This document shows positions 19,655-29,238 of a stretch of DNA of 64,000 nt, in pieces (position 1 is the stretch's first letter; each line of letters begins with the position of its first letter). Made by a program: the position numbers and the translations under genes. The stretch covers positions 1,312,001 through 1,376,000 of the forward strand of contig CAXRHT010000002.1 of the NCBI GenBank assembly GCA_964230645.1, given 5' to 3'. The notes beneath the pieces were generated by a model. That model was not told the origin of the DNA. It saw only the letters and a program-made list of their open reading frames with translations, and searched no databases. This DNA comes from Bdellovibrionales bacterium. Lineage in GTDB: Bacteria; Bdellovibrionota; Bdellovibrionia; Bdellovibrionales; JAGQZY01.

Positions 19655-20944
19655 ATGTTTATCACTCTACTTTTTATCCTTATCTCTTTGACTCCAAATT
19701 TGGCTTGGTCGATTGACCACCAGTTAGAAGTCGAGAGCGCACAAGACTGGGCCAATTCCTTTCAAACTCCTTACCCTATCTTGGTTTTTGATCGAGATCA
19801 TCTAAACTACCTCTTTGCTAAAAATCAGCTCCAGGGCGATGACAACGAAGGCGCCCGTTTGCAGTTCCTCGGAGAGTACGTTGAAAGACGTATTGGATTT
19901 CCTTTGGAACGAAACGACTTGGTGAATATCGATATTTACCTCACCCAAACAACTGGTATGGCGGCTGCGCTTCCTCTTTTTGAAGGTCATGGTTCTGAGA
20001 AACGTTACAAAATGTGTTCGGTCTTCAGTCTTCCTCCCAATGGCAATGCTAAAGTAGAGAGTGAACGAGTTACGGGACTCAATATCAATGAGGCTTTCGA
20101 GCATTCTCACCAGAGTTTCGAGAATCTTTCTAAAACTATGGACTTTGAATCTCTATACCTATTCTCTCTTTATCACGAAGTGAGTCACTGCTTGGATCAA
20201 AAATACTTGCCAGAAAGTCATGCTTCACAAAGCTCTCATGCCGTTCACCTTTCAGAAGCCTTTGCTGAAGTGATGGCTTATCTCAAACTAACGGAAAGAT
20301 TAGACCCCAATGTTGTTGAGGCGCGAGCGCTTTACCGCACTCTTTACTCACGCAATGTGGGTGTTTTCTTGGCTCAAAACCAAATGGGTAATGCCTTCAA
20401 TCCTCACTACACAAGAGGAGGGGTCATTTACTACCTCACTCCCTATCTAATGGGAGCCTATGAGAAGCTTGTTTTTGAATTAAAAACCGTGGATTTCCAT
20501 AATGACCCACAACTCTTATTAAAATTGGCCGAAGAAATTGTGGAAAACAATAAACTCAGTGGACGAGGCTTCTCTGCGATTGGAATGGCCTTACAAGAGG
20601 GCTTCCCCAAAATTATGCAAAGGTATCAAGACTACGCTTTTGAATCTCCTGATTTCTTTTATAAGAGTTATTTGGAGCTTATGGAATATAAAAACCAAAC
20701 CGAACTGTGGAATCAAAAGGCTTTTAAAGAAACTCTTGAAGAAGCTCCAAGTCTTTTAGCTCCTCCCCTTCCTTTAGCTGAGCTGTGTGAAACTTTGTCC
20801 GGCGAGCCTTGGCAATACTTTGAGACTTTAAATGTTTACCGCGAAATATTCAATTCGGGTCTCTATGAAGTGGAATCAAACAACCAAGCCTATGAAGACT
20901 TAAATCAAGTTTCAGCCATCCTACAAAAGGAGTGCGGAGTCTAA
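19655..20944 (+). CDS. Secreted hypothetical protein with HExxH motif (putative zinc metalloprotease)
   Basis: Signal peptide MFITLLFILISLTPNLAWS; LYHEVSHCLD followed by SEAFAE. Confidence 0.65.
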   Translation: MFITLLFILISLTPNLAWSIDHQLEVESAQDWANSFQTPYPILVFDRDHLNYLFAKNQLQGDDNEGARLQFLGEYVERRIGFPLERNDLVNIDIYLTQTTGMAAALPLFEGHGSEKRYKMCSVFSLPPNGNAKVESERVTGLNINEAFEHSHQSFENLSKTMDFESLYLFSLYHEVSHCLDQKYLPESHASQSSHAVHLSEAFAEVMAYLKLTERLDPNVVEARALYRTLYSRNVGVFLAQNQMGNAFNPHYTRGGVIYYLTPYLMGAYEKLVFELKTVDFHNDPQLLLKLAEEIVENNKLSGRGFSAIGMALQEGFPKIMQRYQDYAFESPDFFYKSYLELMEYKNQTELWNQKAFKETLEEAPSLLAPPLPLAELCETLSGEPWQYFETLNVYREIFNSGLYEVESNNQAYEDLNQVSAILQKECGV

Positions 20945-22056
20945 CGTCTCTGCTTACGAGAGTGGTTTTTAACACTGGGACGCGAGAGTTTGAAAAAAGA
21001 AAAACTTCCTGGATCAATACCAAACTCGAATGTGACTTGCATCATATAGCGACGATCTTCGAGTTGACCCGGGTAAGCTCCAAGCTCCACTCCGTAGGTC
21101 GCCGCATCCACTCTCATCAACCAAAGGTCAAAGCCTGCCCCTAAACTATAGTAGCCTTGATGGAAACCACCTCGAACATCCAGGACGGGCCAGCTAAATT
21201 CAATACCCATATTAATTTTTTTACCGAGCTGCATTTCCGTATCGTTGAGAAACCGATAATCAATGGTCGGTCGAATATCCATAAGAAGACTTTCATAAGT
21301 TAAACCTAAACCTATGATTTGCTCCTGCTCTACTGGACGTGGCGCCAAAGCATCTCCGGTCGGTTCAAAACTAGTGTTCCCCATATCGCGCCAAGTGAAA
21401 GACACTGTGGGCTTTAGAGCTCCAGGAAAAGAGAGTGTCGCGCCAAAATCGAAAGCATAACCTATTCCAGTCCGATTGAATTCATTTTGAATCGACTCAG
21501 AATTAAGCGTAGCAATGGTTGAAACTCCGATAGGTATCTGGCCCCCTTGGCGAGTAACACGCCTTGCTTGAAAGCCTACATCTAACATGTCAGGTACTAG
21601 ATTTAATCCACCACCGGCTACAAATCCGTAATCCACCCGATAATTGGTACGAATATTTGGAAAGACAGGATTGTTGATTAAAAAGTTCCCATCAACCACT
21701 CCGTAAGCACCAAAAGCAAAACTGCCAATTGAGAAAAGCGATTTAGCTCCGGAGTAGACCGTCATGTCTTCTCCGTAGAGGTCGTTAATAATTTGACTGA
21801 CATCATCGTTTTCTGAAGCCAGGTCAATATAATCTTGATAGGAATCAATAGCGTCGGTTCCTAGTGCTGGATCAATGATGGTCCATCGAAAGCCTGTCAT
21901 CTTTGCAAGACCTGCGGGATTGTAAAAAATGGAATCACCGTCATTAACAATGGCGGTATAGGCGTTACCCATTCCGAGGGCGCGAACAGAAAGACCAATG
22001 TCGGCCGCCAAAGCTTGCTGAGTCATAAAGATAAGAAGGAGCCAAAGCTTTTTCAC
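20941..22056 (-). CDS. Outer-membrane beta-barrel, TraF/PorV/FadL-like family (paralog 1)
   Basis: Signal peptide; VRALGMGNAYTAIVNDGDSIFYNPAGL plug motif; amphipathic strands; ATYGVELG...EDRRY; basic tail RKQRR. Confidence 0.85.
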   Translation of the reverse strand: MKKLWLLLIFMTQQALAADIGLSVRALGMGNAYTAIVNDGDSIFYNPAGLAKMTGFRWTIIDPALGTDAIDSYQDYIDLASENDDVSQIINDLYGEDMTVYSGAKSLFSIGSFAFGAYGVVDGNFLINNPVFPNIRTNYRVDYGFVAGGGLNLVPDMLDVGFQARRVTRQGGQIPIGVSTIATLNSESIQNEFNRTGIGYAFDFGATLSFPGALKPTVSFTWRDMGNTSFEPTGDALAPRPVEQEQIIGLGLTYESLLMDIRPTIDYRFLNDTEMQLGKKINMGIEFSWPVLDVRGGFHQGYYSLGAGFDLWLMRVDAATYGVELGAYPGQLEDRRYMMQVTFEFGIDPGSFSFFKLSRPSVKNHSRKQRR

Positions 22057-22880
22057 GGACAGCTCCCAGCATTAGCGGCCGTACAATCTTCAAAGTTGTT
22101 CCCCCCGCAGGAATCAATCCCAATGTCACTGGAACCGATAGCAAGTCTTAAAGCCTGCACTTCGTTTGAGTTAAAGTCTTCAGGCTCAACAGCTTGGCAA
22201 AAAACCTCGAGGTAATCGTTATTGTCCGCCTGACAGAGAGCCTGCACCTCATCTGTGGCTCCTTCAATGTAATCAGTTCCAATGGCTTGTAGACTGACAA
22301 TCGTTAACCCAAGGCTATGCCCAAGTTCACGTACCATCTCGTCTGGAAAGTCAGTATTATTGCACTGATCAAAAGTGGCATCTGCACTGCCATTATCGTC
22401 GGTGTCTGCAAGACTTGATAAAATAGTTCCAATCTTTGCTAGAGAGTTAAATGCAAGAAGGAGGTTTTCATCGCCATTGCGAGCACTTTCATCACCAATA
22501 AACTCAATGATTTCCTCAGCATTCATACAGTCCTGAACATTGGTCGGCAAAGCCCCAGGGAAAGCACCCATAAGTAATGTGAAAAGTGTTTGTGATCCTC
22601 CCGAGGTGTTCTGTAGTGACTCAAGTAGTGTTAAAAATTCCAATCCACAACGACCCGAATAGGCCGAGGCGTATACAGGTATTCTATCGCGTGCTTGTAA
22701 ATAGACCGGTTCAATGGATTCTAATATATCGATGGCTTCTGAATAAGCTCTTTCATTGAGTCTTTGTTTAGCGGCAAAAAACTTCGCTTCATTGGTGTCT
22801 TTGTCAGCGATTTCATCGAAAATATTTTCGCTACAACCTAAAGCGACTAGTAAAATAAAACTGTAAAAGATTTTTTTCAT
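22053..22880 (-). CDS. Cys-rich acidic lipoprotein with TPR-like N-terminal helices
   Basis: Lipobox ALGC, eight further Cys and a DTDDNGSAD loop; GTGA overlap with barrel 1 and a 1-nt gap to barrel 2. Confidence 0.85.
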   Translation of the reverse strand: MKKIFYSFILLVALGCSENIFDEIADKDTNEAKFFAAKQRLNERAYSEAIDILESIEPVYLQARDRIPVYASAYSGRCGLEFLTLLESLQNTSGGSQTLFTLLMGAFPGALPTNVQDCMNAEEIIEFIGDESARNGDENLLLAFNSLAKIGTILSSLADTDDNGSADATFDQCNNTDFPDEMVRELGHSLGLTIVSLQAIGTDYIEGATDEVQALCQADNNDYLEVFCQAVEPEDFNSNEVQALRLAIGSSDIGIDSCGGNNFEDCTAANAGSCP

Positions 22881-22881
22881 G

Positions 22882-23946
22882 TTAAAACCTTATTGCTAGT
22901 TTCAAAATTCCTTGGCGATCTCGTCGACTATAAGTGCCAATGTTAATTTCTTCTGAGTATGTGGCCAGTTGCCATTGCAGAAGGCCTGTGGCGTATTCAA
23001 AGCCGGCTGTCCAATCACCCTCGTGATATCCAAGACGTAGAAAATAAGCGTCGAATAAATTGACCTCGGTTCCTATATGGAGTCGATCCATATGATCCTC
23101 TACATTCTCGGTGTTATCGATTCCGGAGTACTCGACGGTGAAAACTCCCAGTGAGTGCTTCCCGTAAATGGGAAAAAGGGCAAAGGCCGCATCGACGGAC
23201 TGAGCTTGAAATTGAGGCCGGCCATTGGAGGCATTTCCAAAAGCACCATCTCCAAAAGTAAAAGAGGTTCCGCCGACATCGCGGACAAGAAAAGTCAAAG
23301 TAGGCAAATATTTCCAAGGGGCTGCAAATGTGAGTCCTGTATCAAGAGAAAGTCCCATGCCTTCGGTTGCAAAGGAGCTCAATGCTAAAGAGTCTGTACT
23401 TGGGTCCCTGGAACCTAAAAACTCGACACGATTAATTAAACGCCCTGCAAATCCAAGCTTTATTCTACCGCCCCAAAAACTGAGGTTACTCCCAAGGTTT
23501 ACGGAGTAGTCGTTCTGATATTGGTAGTCCATGCTTCCATCGGCATTGCGTTTTGCTAAAACTTCATAACGTCCTAAAACGCCAAAGCCAAAATTAGGAA
23601 CGACAAGAGATGGAAATACCTGACCTTTAAAATAGTAAGGGTTATCAAGGTTGTCACCGAGCTGATTGTAGACTGTTTCTGGATTCACTGATTCTAATAT
23701 ACCTGTTCCCACTAAGGTTTCCGAGTCATCAAGACCACTGGTAAGTTCAGGATCAAAAAGTGTATAAAAGGAATCTCTCAAACGACCCAGACCATTGGGA
23801 TTGGATAACACGGCTGTTTCATCATTCACCACCGCAATGCTGGCGCCACCCATGCCCATCTGGCGAACTCCTCGATAAAATTCGAAGTTGCCCCATGTGG
23901 GTTGAGTTAACGTTAGTAAAATAAATAATAGCCCGTACTGTTTCAT
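22882..23946 (-). CDS. Outer-membrane beta-barrel, TraF/PorV/FadL-like family (paralog 2)
   Basis: VRQMGMGGASIAVVNDETAVLSNPNGL, ATYSEE...RDRQ and terminal Phe (LAIRF). Confidence 0.85.
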   Translation of the reverse strand: MKQYGLLFILLTLTQPTWGNFEFYRGVRQMGMGGASIAVVNDETAVLSNPNGLGRLRDSFYTLFDPELTSGLDDSETLVGTGILESVNPETVYNQLGDNLDNPYYFKGQVFPSLVVPNFGFGVLGRYEVLAKRNADGSMDYQYQNDYSVNLGSNLSFWGGRIKLGFAGRLINRVEFLGSRDPSTDSLALSSFATEGMGLSLDTGLTFAAPWKYLPTLTFLVRDVGGTSFTFGDGAFGNASNGRPQFQAQSVDAAFALFPIYGKHSLGVFTVEYSGIDNTENVEDHMDRLHIGTEVNLFDAYFLRLGYHEGDWTAGFEYATGLLQWQLATYSEEINIGTYSRRDRQGILKLAIRF

Positions 23947-23973
23947 AACCTCTTCCTTGAAGTTCTTAACTAT

Positions 23974-24001
23974 TAATCGGAGCTTTGATGTCTCAACTTG
24001 A
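23974..24001 (-). promoter_or_regulatory. sigma28 (FliA)-like promoter of the barrel-lipoprotein-barrel operon
   Basis: Minus strand TCAA-N16-TCCGATTA versus consensus TAAA-N15-GCCGATAA; ends 28 nt before the ATG. Confidence 0.45.
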
Positions 24002-24166
24002 GAAGCCGATGAATTTCCTTTTGAGACCCCACAATAGTCCAGTGCGATACTAGTTGCTGGATAAAAGTCGACGGATGGATTTGCAAAAAGCCATGGCCCC
24101 GGCCTGCATTTTTTATTAAAATAAGGGAATAAAAAGACATCCCATTTTTATTTCATCGGAGGAAAT

Positions 24167-24850
24167 ATGAACCGGCTCTCAGGATTTTTTTTGCTTGTTG
24201 CCACAGGCCTACTCTTTACAGCTTGCGAGGACAAACAACAGACAAACCTTTATAAGGCCCAAATTTGTATCGACAACGCCACTCCAGCCACCGCTGATGC
24301 CTGTCTCAATGATATCGCAGGGCAAACCTCTGAGAGGGCCTACGTTTTGAGATGTTCCGCGGCTTTTATTTCTCAGGGTATTGATGAAGACGCTATTGTC
24401 GCAGCCCTTGAAAATATTGATGGCAGTGAGGAAGGTGTTAACCCGACCACCCCAACCATTGCCGCTTTAGCAATGGCGGATACCACAGCTTCAAGGGACG
24501 CCTTAGAGGTTTGCAGCCTCACAAATTCCGAGGTCCTTACCGCTCTTGCCAGCTTTTCAAATATGGCGACAGGAATTAAGAGCCTTTTAGGGTTTACCGA
24601 TGGAGCGACTGCTGAAGATATCGAAACTCTGCTTGAAGACTACAAGAATAACCCCGGTAATTACGATGATGCCAAAAAAGAGGAACTCGGCAATACAGTC
24701 TTAGCTAGTCAAGACAGTCTATGTAATCCTGATGATGGTTACATGAAAGACGATGAGGCCTGTGATGATATTAATACGGCGGTTTCTAATAATCCCAACG
24801 ACCCGACGGAGATTGCCAACGAATTATTAAACCTGATCGAAGAAGATTAA
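24167..24850 (+). CDS. Cys-rich acidic helical lipoprotein, divergent from the barrel operon
   Basis: GGAGG RBS, lipobox FTAC, six further Cys, Asp/Glu-rich. Confidence 0.85.
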   Translation: MNRLSGFFLLVATGLLFTACEDKQQTNLYKAQICIDNATPATADACLNDIAGQTSERAYVLRCSAAFISQGIDEDAIVAALENIDGSEEGVNPTTPTIAALAMADTTASRDALEVCSLTNSEVLTALASFSNMATGIKSLLGFTDGATAEDIETLLEDYKNNPGNYDDAKKEELGNTVLASQDSLCNPDDGYMKDDEACDDINTAVSNNPNDPTEIANELLNLIEED

Positions 24851-24874
24851 GGTTTTTCCACTACTAGCCTAGAA

Positions 24875-25058
24875 CATGTCGTCTTGAGGGAAAAAATGTC
24901 AGCTCGAGCGAACACATTGTCGTCTTGAGCAAAGCGAAAGACCTTAGATCCTTCGCTACGCTCAGGATGACACTTGGCCTAAATCATGTCGTCTTGAGCA
25001 AAGCGAAAGACCTTAAGATCCTTCGCTACGCTCAGGAGGACATGCGCTCAGGAGGACA
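24875..25058 (-). repeat. Cluster of the same REP-like palindromes in opposite orientation
   Basis: TGTCGTCTTGAGCAAAGCGAAAGACC-tt-AGATCCTTCGCTACGCTCAGGAkGACA at 24918-24972 and 24987-25042 (69-bp period), plus fragments. Confidence 0.9.
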
Positions 25059-25060
25059 AT

Positions 25061-25095
25061 AAAAAAAAGCCATGCAGATATGCATGGCTTTTTTT
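25061..25095. terminator. Bidirectional intrinsic terminator
   Basis: A8-GCCATGCA-gata-TGCATGGC-T7 between the convergent lipoprotein gene and rpsD. Confidence 0.9.
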
Positions 25096-25118
25096 GATTA
25101 GGGCTCTGTAAATAAATA

Positions 25119-25751
25119 TTAAACAGAACGAAGTGAGTAATACTCGGCAAAAAGATTGGTGTTGAATCCAAAAGGAATGGAATCAATACCTGGAACGTCT
25201 TTAACTGTTCCTACCGTTTTACCCTCTTTATCACCTTTTTCGAGATAATCAGGAGTATCGAGTCTAGGAGCATCCTGACATTGAATCACAACCTGATGCT
25301 CGTAAGATTTATCTTTTAAAGAAACCACGTCACCAACTTTAAGAACCGCTGAACCTACGTCAACTTTCTTACCATTCACTTGAACATGCCCGTGGCTAAC
25401 GAGTTGTCTCGCCGAACGGATGCTTGGAGCAAAACCAAGACGGAAAACGGTGTTGTCTAAGCGAAGCTCAAGACGTCCAGCCAATGCACTAATCCAGTTT
25501 TTCGTTGCGCTACCTTGCTTGGCATCACGGATAAAGCGACGAAGTTGCTTCTCGCGAAGTCCGTAGTGAAACATGACCTTCTGTTTTTCTTCTAGCTGAA
25601 GGGCATAGTTTGAAAATTTCTTTCTTTTGTTACCCGCTTCCCCTGGTGGATAAGGGCGTCTTTCTAGGGCTCCAGCCTTTCCAAGACCGGGCAGTTCTGT
25701 CCCAAGACGGCGTTGAATTCTAAAACGGGCTTTGCTTTTATCTTTGCTCAT
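25119..25751 (-). CDS. rpsD: 30S ribosomal protein S4 (stand-alone, no zinc-ribbon cysteines)
   Basis: YPPGEAG..RKKFSNYALQLEEKQK...YGLREKQ, LELRLDNTVFRLGFA and ARQLVSHGHVQVNG; GGAG RBS before ATG 25751. Confidence 0.97.
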   Translation of the reverse strand: MSKDKSKARFRIQRRLGTELPGLGKAGALERRPYPPGEAGNKRKKFSNYALQLEEKQKVMFHYGLREKQLRRFIRDAKQGSATKNWISALAGRLELRLDNTVFRLGFAPSIRSARQLVSHGHVQVNGKKVDVGSAVLKVGDVVSLKDKSYEHQVVIQCQDAPRLDTPDYLEKGDKEGKTVGTVKDVPGIDSIPFGFNTNLFAEYYSLRSV

Positions 25752-26071
25752 TACCACTCCAAATCGTTTTAAAGTGGTGTTTTATTACACAAATAGAACC
25801 CGATGTCACATAAAAAAATCAATTTGATGTTATTACCACCCCGAGACCACACGGGGCCACCGAATCTGGATTCATCTGCCCTGTTAGACTGGGTAAATAG
25901 TTGAAATTACGGAAGATTTGACCTCCACTCCACACTACCGGGTACGCTCAACCGGGCCGAGCTCTCCAGACCCGTCCAAATTGGCGAGGCAAAAGTGAGG
26001 CTGACCCACCGGCCTGCAATGGCAACCCACAACTATCACCTGTTTCAGAAGTGAAACGTCAGTCATTGCCT

Positions 26072-26097
26072 AGATCCTTCGCTACGCTCAGGATGAC
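26072..26097 (-). repeat. Single arm of the REP-like element
   Basis: AGATCCTTCGCTACGCTCAGGATGAC, identical to the arm at 24946-24971. Confidence 0.85.
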
Positions 26098-26129
26098 TCG
26101 GGGGCTCATGAAGACTTGGGGCTCAAAAG

Positions 26130-26495
26130 CTAAGACTGGATGAATTTCAACAGATCACTCTTTATACGATCCAATTTGAGAGGTTTTTTCAAGAGACCAT
26201 CAAAATCAGTTCCGTCGACATCAAAATCAGCTTCTGCTGACACTAAAATCACTGGTAATTGATTTGATAGCTCTTTGCATTTTTTAACCACCTGAAGTCC
26301 ATCGAGCTCACGCATTCTAAGATCTGTGATGACAAGGTCATATTTATCGGGATGAGCTTCTAAGTCTTTTAAGGCCTCAAGTGGAGACAGAAAACAGGTC
26401 TCTGAAAAGCCGGCCCTAGAAACCATATGTTTCATCAAGGTTAAATTTTCCTGGGAGTCATCAATAATCAAAAGGTGGTATTTCTTCTCACTCAT
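26130..26495 (-). CDS. Single-domain response regulator (CheY-like receiver)
   Basis: LLIIDD, DLVITDLRMRELDG, VILVSA and LKKP; GAGG RBS before ATG 26495. Confidence 0.9.
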   Translation of the reverse strand: MSEKKYHLLIIDDSQENLTLMKHMVSRAGFSETCFLSPLEALKDLEAHPDKYDLVITDLRMRELDGLQVVKKCKELSNQLPVILVSAEADFDVDGTDFDGLLKKPLKLDRIKSDLLKFIQS

Positions 26496-26567
26496 TCTTT
26501 CCTCGTAAAAAAACAATAGGGGAAGTAAGGTTTGACTTCGCTCGCCCGCATCTGTCACTTTAATTGG

Positions 26568-29237
26568 ATGGATAACTATTGGAATAAGTTAGCCTACGCT
26601 AAACAATCAATCAACGAATGTGGCTCAGAAAAAATTAGCTTTCTCGGTGCTGTACAAGACTGCTCCTGCCTTGTTGTTTTTCAACCACGCAGTGGAAAAA
26701 TTGTCGCTCATTCCGAAAATTTCGGTGAGAAAGTTTCTCCTTCTCAGTCTAATCCACTGGAGCAATCTCTTTTTGAACTGGTGCCACCGCCAAAAAAGTT
26801 TGATTCCTGGGAATCCGCACTTTCCAGTGGCGCGAAATCTCATTTAGTTGATTTTGAGGGAAAGTCTTTTTCAACCTCTCTTTACACTGTTGGAAATTTG
26901 GCCTACCTCGAATTTGAATTTTGTGAGGTAAAAGATGATTTTGATTTTGACCTCACCAAAGAATTTCTAGAATTTGAGGCCAATTACACCACCCAAGGTT
27001 TAGAAAAATTCCTAAAAAGAACCACGGACACTCTCAAAAAAGTGAGCATGTTTGATCGCGTTATGATTTATCGCTTCGAGCCAAACAAGGATGGCCATGT
27101 GGTTTGCGAAAGTAAAAACCAAGACCTTGAGCCATTTTTAGGTCTGCGCTATCCGGCAACCGACATCCCTCCTCAAGCTCGAAAACTTTTCTTTGAGTCC
27201 AGTAGCCGTTCGATTGAAGATGTGCACTCAATGCCATCAGCCCTACTCACGGCCCAAGGCTATGCTCAAGCCGATATTGATCTCTCCCAAACTTATTTTC
27301 GGGCTGTGTCTCCTTTTCACATCGAATATCTGAAAAATATGGGGGTTAGCGCTACCTTCTCTATTCCTATAAAAGTAGAAGGGGATCTTTGGGGGATCAT
27401 TGCTTTTCATAATTACCAAGGTCCGCTTTGCTTAACCTTAAAAGAGCGCACAGCCTGTGAAATCATGGGTCGTTTTGTTAGCAACTGGATCTCATCCTAT
27501 GTAAATCATCGCCGAGTTTTAAATAAAAATAAAATCCTTGAACTTTCTCAAGAGATTTTGGACGCCATCTCCTCTGGCCACTCTCCCGTAGAGTCCTTCA
27601 CCCAAAATGGTGACAGTCTTCTAGATACTCTTGAAGCGACCGGTTTTTCCGTAAAAATTGGAGAGAATTACACCCACTACGGCTCTTACCCCAGTCGAAA
27701 CAAAGTCAAAGGCATTGCCGAGCAACTTAAACATCACCAAGGACTTTCCATTTGGAAAACTGAAGATGCTCCCTTGGAAGGGCTTCCCAGTGACCCTAAA
27801 GCGGTGGGAGTACTTGCCATTCCCCTGTCGGTAGGCTTTGAGGATTTTATATTTTGGTACCGACCCGCGGCTGTGCAAACAGTGACCTGGGCTGGAAAAC
27901 CAAAACACAAAGACAACGCCCAAAAGAGGCTCAGCCCTCGCGGTTCTTTTTCTCTGTGGGAAGAAACTATAAAAAATCGCTCGCTCGAGTGGAGCCGCGA
28001 CAACACCGAATGTGCGCAATATATTCTTTTTTCTTTTGTGCGCGACATTTTTCGCAAAGCCTCCGAGCTTTCCGCAGCGAACAAAGAGCTTCAAAGGGTC
28101 ACCCAAGCCAAAGATGAGTTTATTGGTTTGGTCTCTCATGAACTAAGAACCCCGCTGAACGTTATGCTCGGTTGGATCGATATTCTTAACGACTCGCCGA
28201 GCCTGCCCGAAGACATTCAAGGGGCGGTGGACACCATTGACCGTAACGCCCGCGTGCAGGTGAATTTAATCAACGACCTTCTTGATATTTCTCGAATCAT
28301 TTCAGGAAAAATGCGAGTGAATTTCCAAAAGGATATCCGACTCAAAGCGCTGGTCGAAGAGGTGGTTGAAGATTTAAGCCCCACAGCTCACACCAAAAAT
28401 ATTTCCATTGGTTGTGATTTGGATGATCAGTGTATCACTTCAGGAGATCCCGAACGTTTAAGACAAGTGGTGTGGAATCTTCTTTCCAATGCAATCAAGT
28501 TTACTCCAAAAGATGGTAAAGTGGATTTAAGTGTTGTTCGTCATGCCTCCAGTTATCAAATAATCGTCGCCGATGACGGCATCGGTATTGAACCGAGCAA
28601 GGTTCCCTTCGTTTTTGATCGCTTCAATCAAGCTTCGACGTCTCAATACTCTTCTTCGGGACTTGGACTGGGCCTCTCTATAGTCAAAGCCATCGTTGAG
28701 CTGCACGGCGGGGAAATCTCGGCCCAGAGCTTTGGCCTGAATCAAGGTTCCACCTTCACAGTGACTCTCCCCATTTATGCCGTCCCACTTGAAGAAGAGG
28801 CCGAGGCACAAAAAAAGAATATAGATCCCACAGTCAATTTTCGCTTGGATGAAAAGAAGATTCTCGTCGTAGAAGATCAGCAAGATGCGGCACTAGCACT
28901 TAAAATTATTTTAGAACGTCTGGGAGCGGTGGTTTCAGTGGAGCCTGACGGAAAATCGGGGTTTGCTCAGTTCGCTACGGCTGAGCACGGAGAGTTTGAT
29001 TACATTCTCTCTGACATTGGGATGCCGAATTGGGATGGCTACCGTATGATCAAAGAGATCAGACACCTCGAAAAAGAAAGAGGCGTTACAAAGGTACCAG
29101 CGATTGCGCTCACCGCCTATGCCACAGCTAAAGATAAGAACAAATGCCTGGAGGCTGGTTTTAATATTCATCTCCCTAAACCCGTTGATAAAGCCGAACT
29201 CATCAAAACCATCCAAGCTTTAATAGCGGCGGAGTAA
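26568..29237 (+). CDS. bphP: Bacteriophytochrome hybrid histidine kinase (PAS-GAF-PHY-HisKA-HATPase-REC)
   Basis: N-terminal chromophore Cys (NECGSEKI..LGAVQ), FDRVMIYRF, YPATDIPPQAR, SPFHIEYLKNMGV, WAGKP, LSPRGSF, H-box SHELRTPL, N/G boxes and C-terminal receiver SDIGMP...KP. Confidence 0.95.
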   Translation: MDNYWNKLAYAKQSINECGSEKISFLGAVQDCSCLVVFQPRSGKIVAHSENFGEKVSPSQSNPLEQSLFELVPPPKKFDSWESALSSGAKSHLVDFEGKSFSTSLYTVGNLAYLEFEFCEVKDDFDFDLTKEFLEFEANYTTQGLEKFLKRTTDTLKKVSMFDRVMIYRFEPNKDGHVVCESKNQDLEPFLGLRYPATDIPPQARKLFFESSSRSIEDVHSMPSALLTAQGYAQADIDLSQTYFRAVSPFHIEYLKNMGVSATFSIPIKVEGDLWGIIAFHNYQGPLCLTLKERTACEIMGRFVSNWISSYVNHRRVLNKNKILELSQEILDAISSGHSPVESFTQNGDSLLDTLEATGFSVKIGENYTHYGSYPSRNKVKGIAEQLKHHQGLSIWKTEDAPLEGLPSDPKAVGVLAIPLSVGFEDFIFWYRPAAVQTVTWAGKPKHKDNAQKRLSPRGSFSLWEETIKNRSLEWSRDNTECAQYILFSFVRDIFRKASELSAANKELQRVTQAKDEFIGLVSHELRTPLNVMLGWIDILNDSPSLPEDIQGAVDTIDRNARVQVNLINDLLDISRIISGKMRVNFQKDIRLKALVEEVVEDLSPTAHTKNISIGCDLDDQCITSGDPERLRQVVWNLLSNAIKFTPKDGKVDLSVVRHASSYQIIVADDGIGIEPSKVPFVFDRFNQASTSQYSSSGLGLGLSIVKAIVELHGGEISAQSFGLNQGSTFTVTLPIYAVPLEEEAEAQKKNIDPTVNFRLDEKKILVVEDQQDAALALKIILERLGAVVSVEPDGKSGFAQFATAEHGEFDYILSDIGMPNWDGYRMIKEIRHLEKERGVTKVPAIALTAYATAKDKNKCLEAGFNIHLPKPVDKAELIKTIQALIAAE

Positions 29238-29238
29238 A

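Noticed and set aside
20941..23946. Conjugative element suggested by TraF-like barrels
   Set aside because: No relaxase, coupling protein, VirB4 or pilin; flanked by housekeeping genes.
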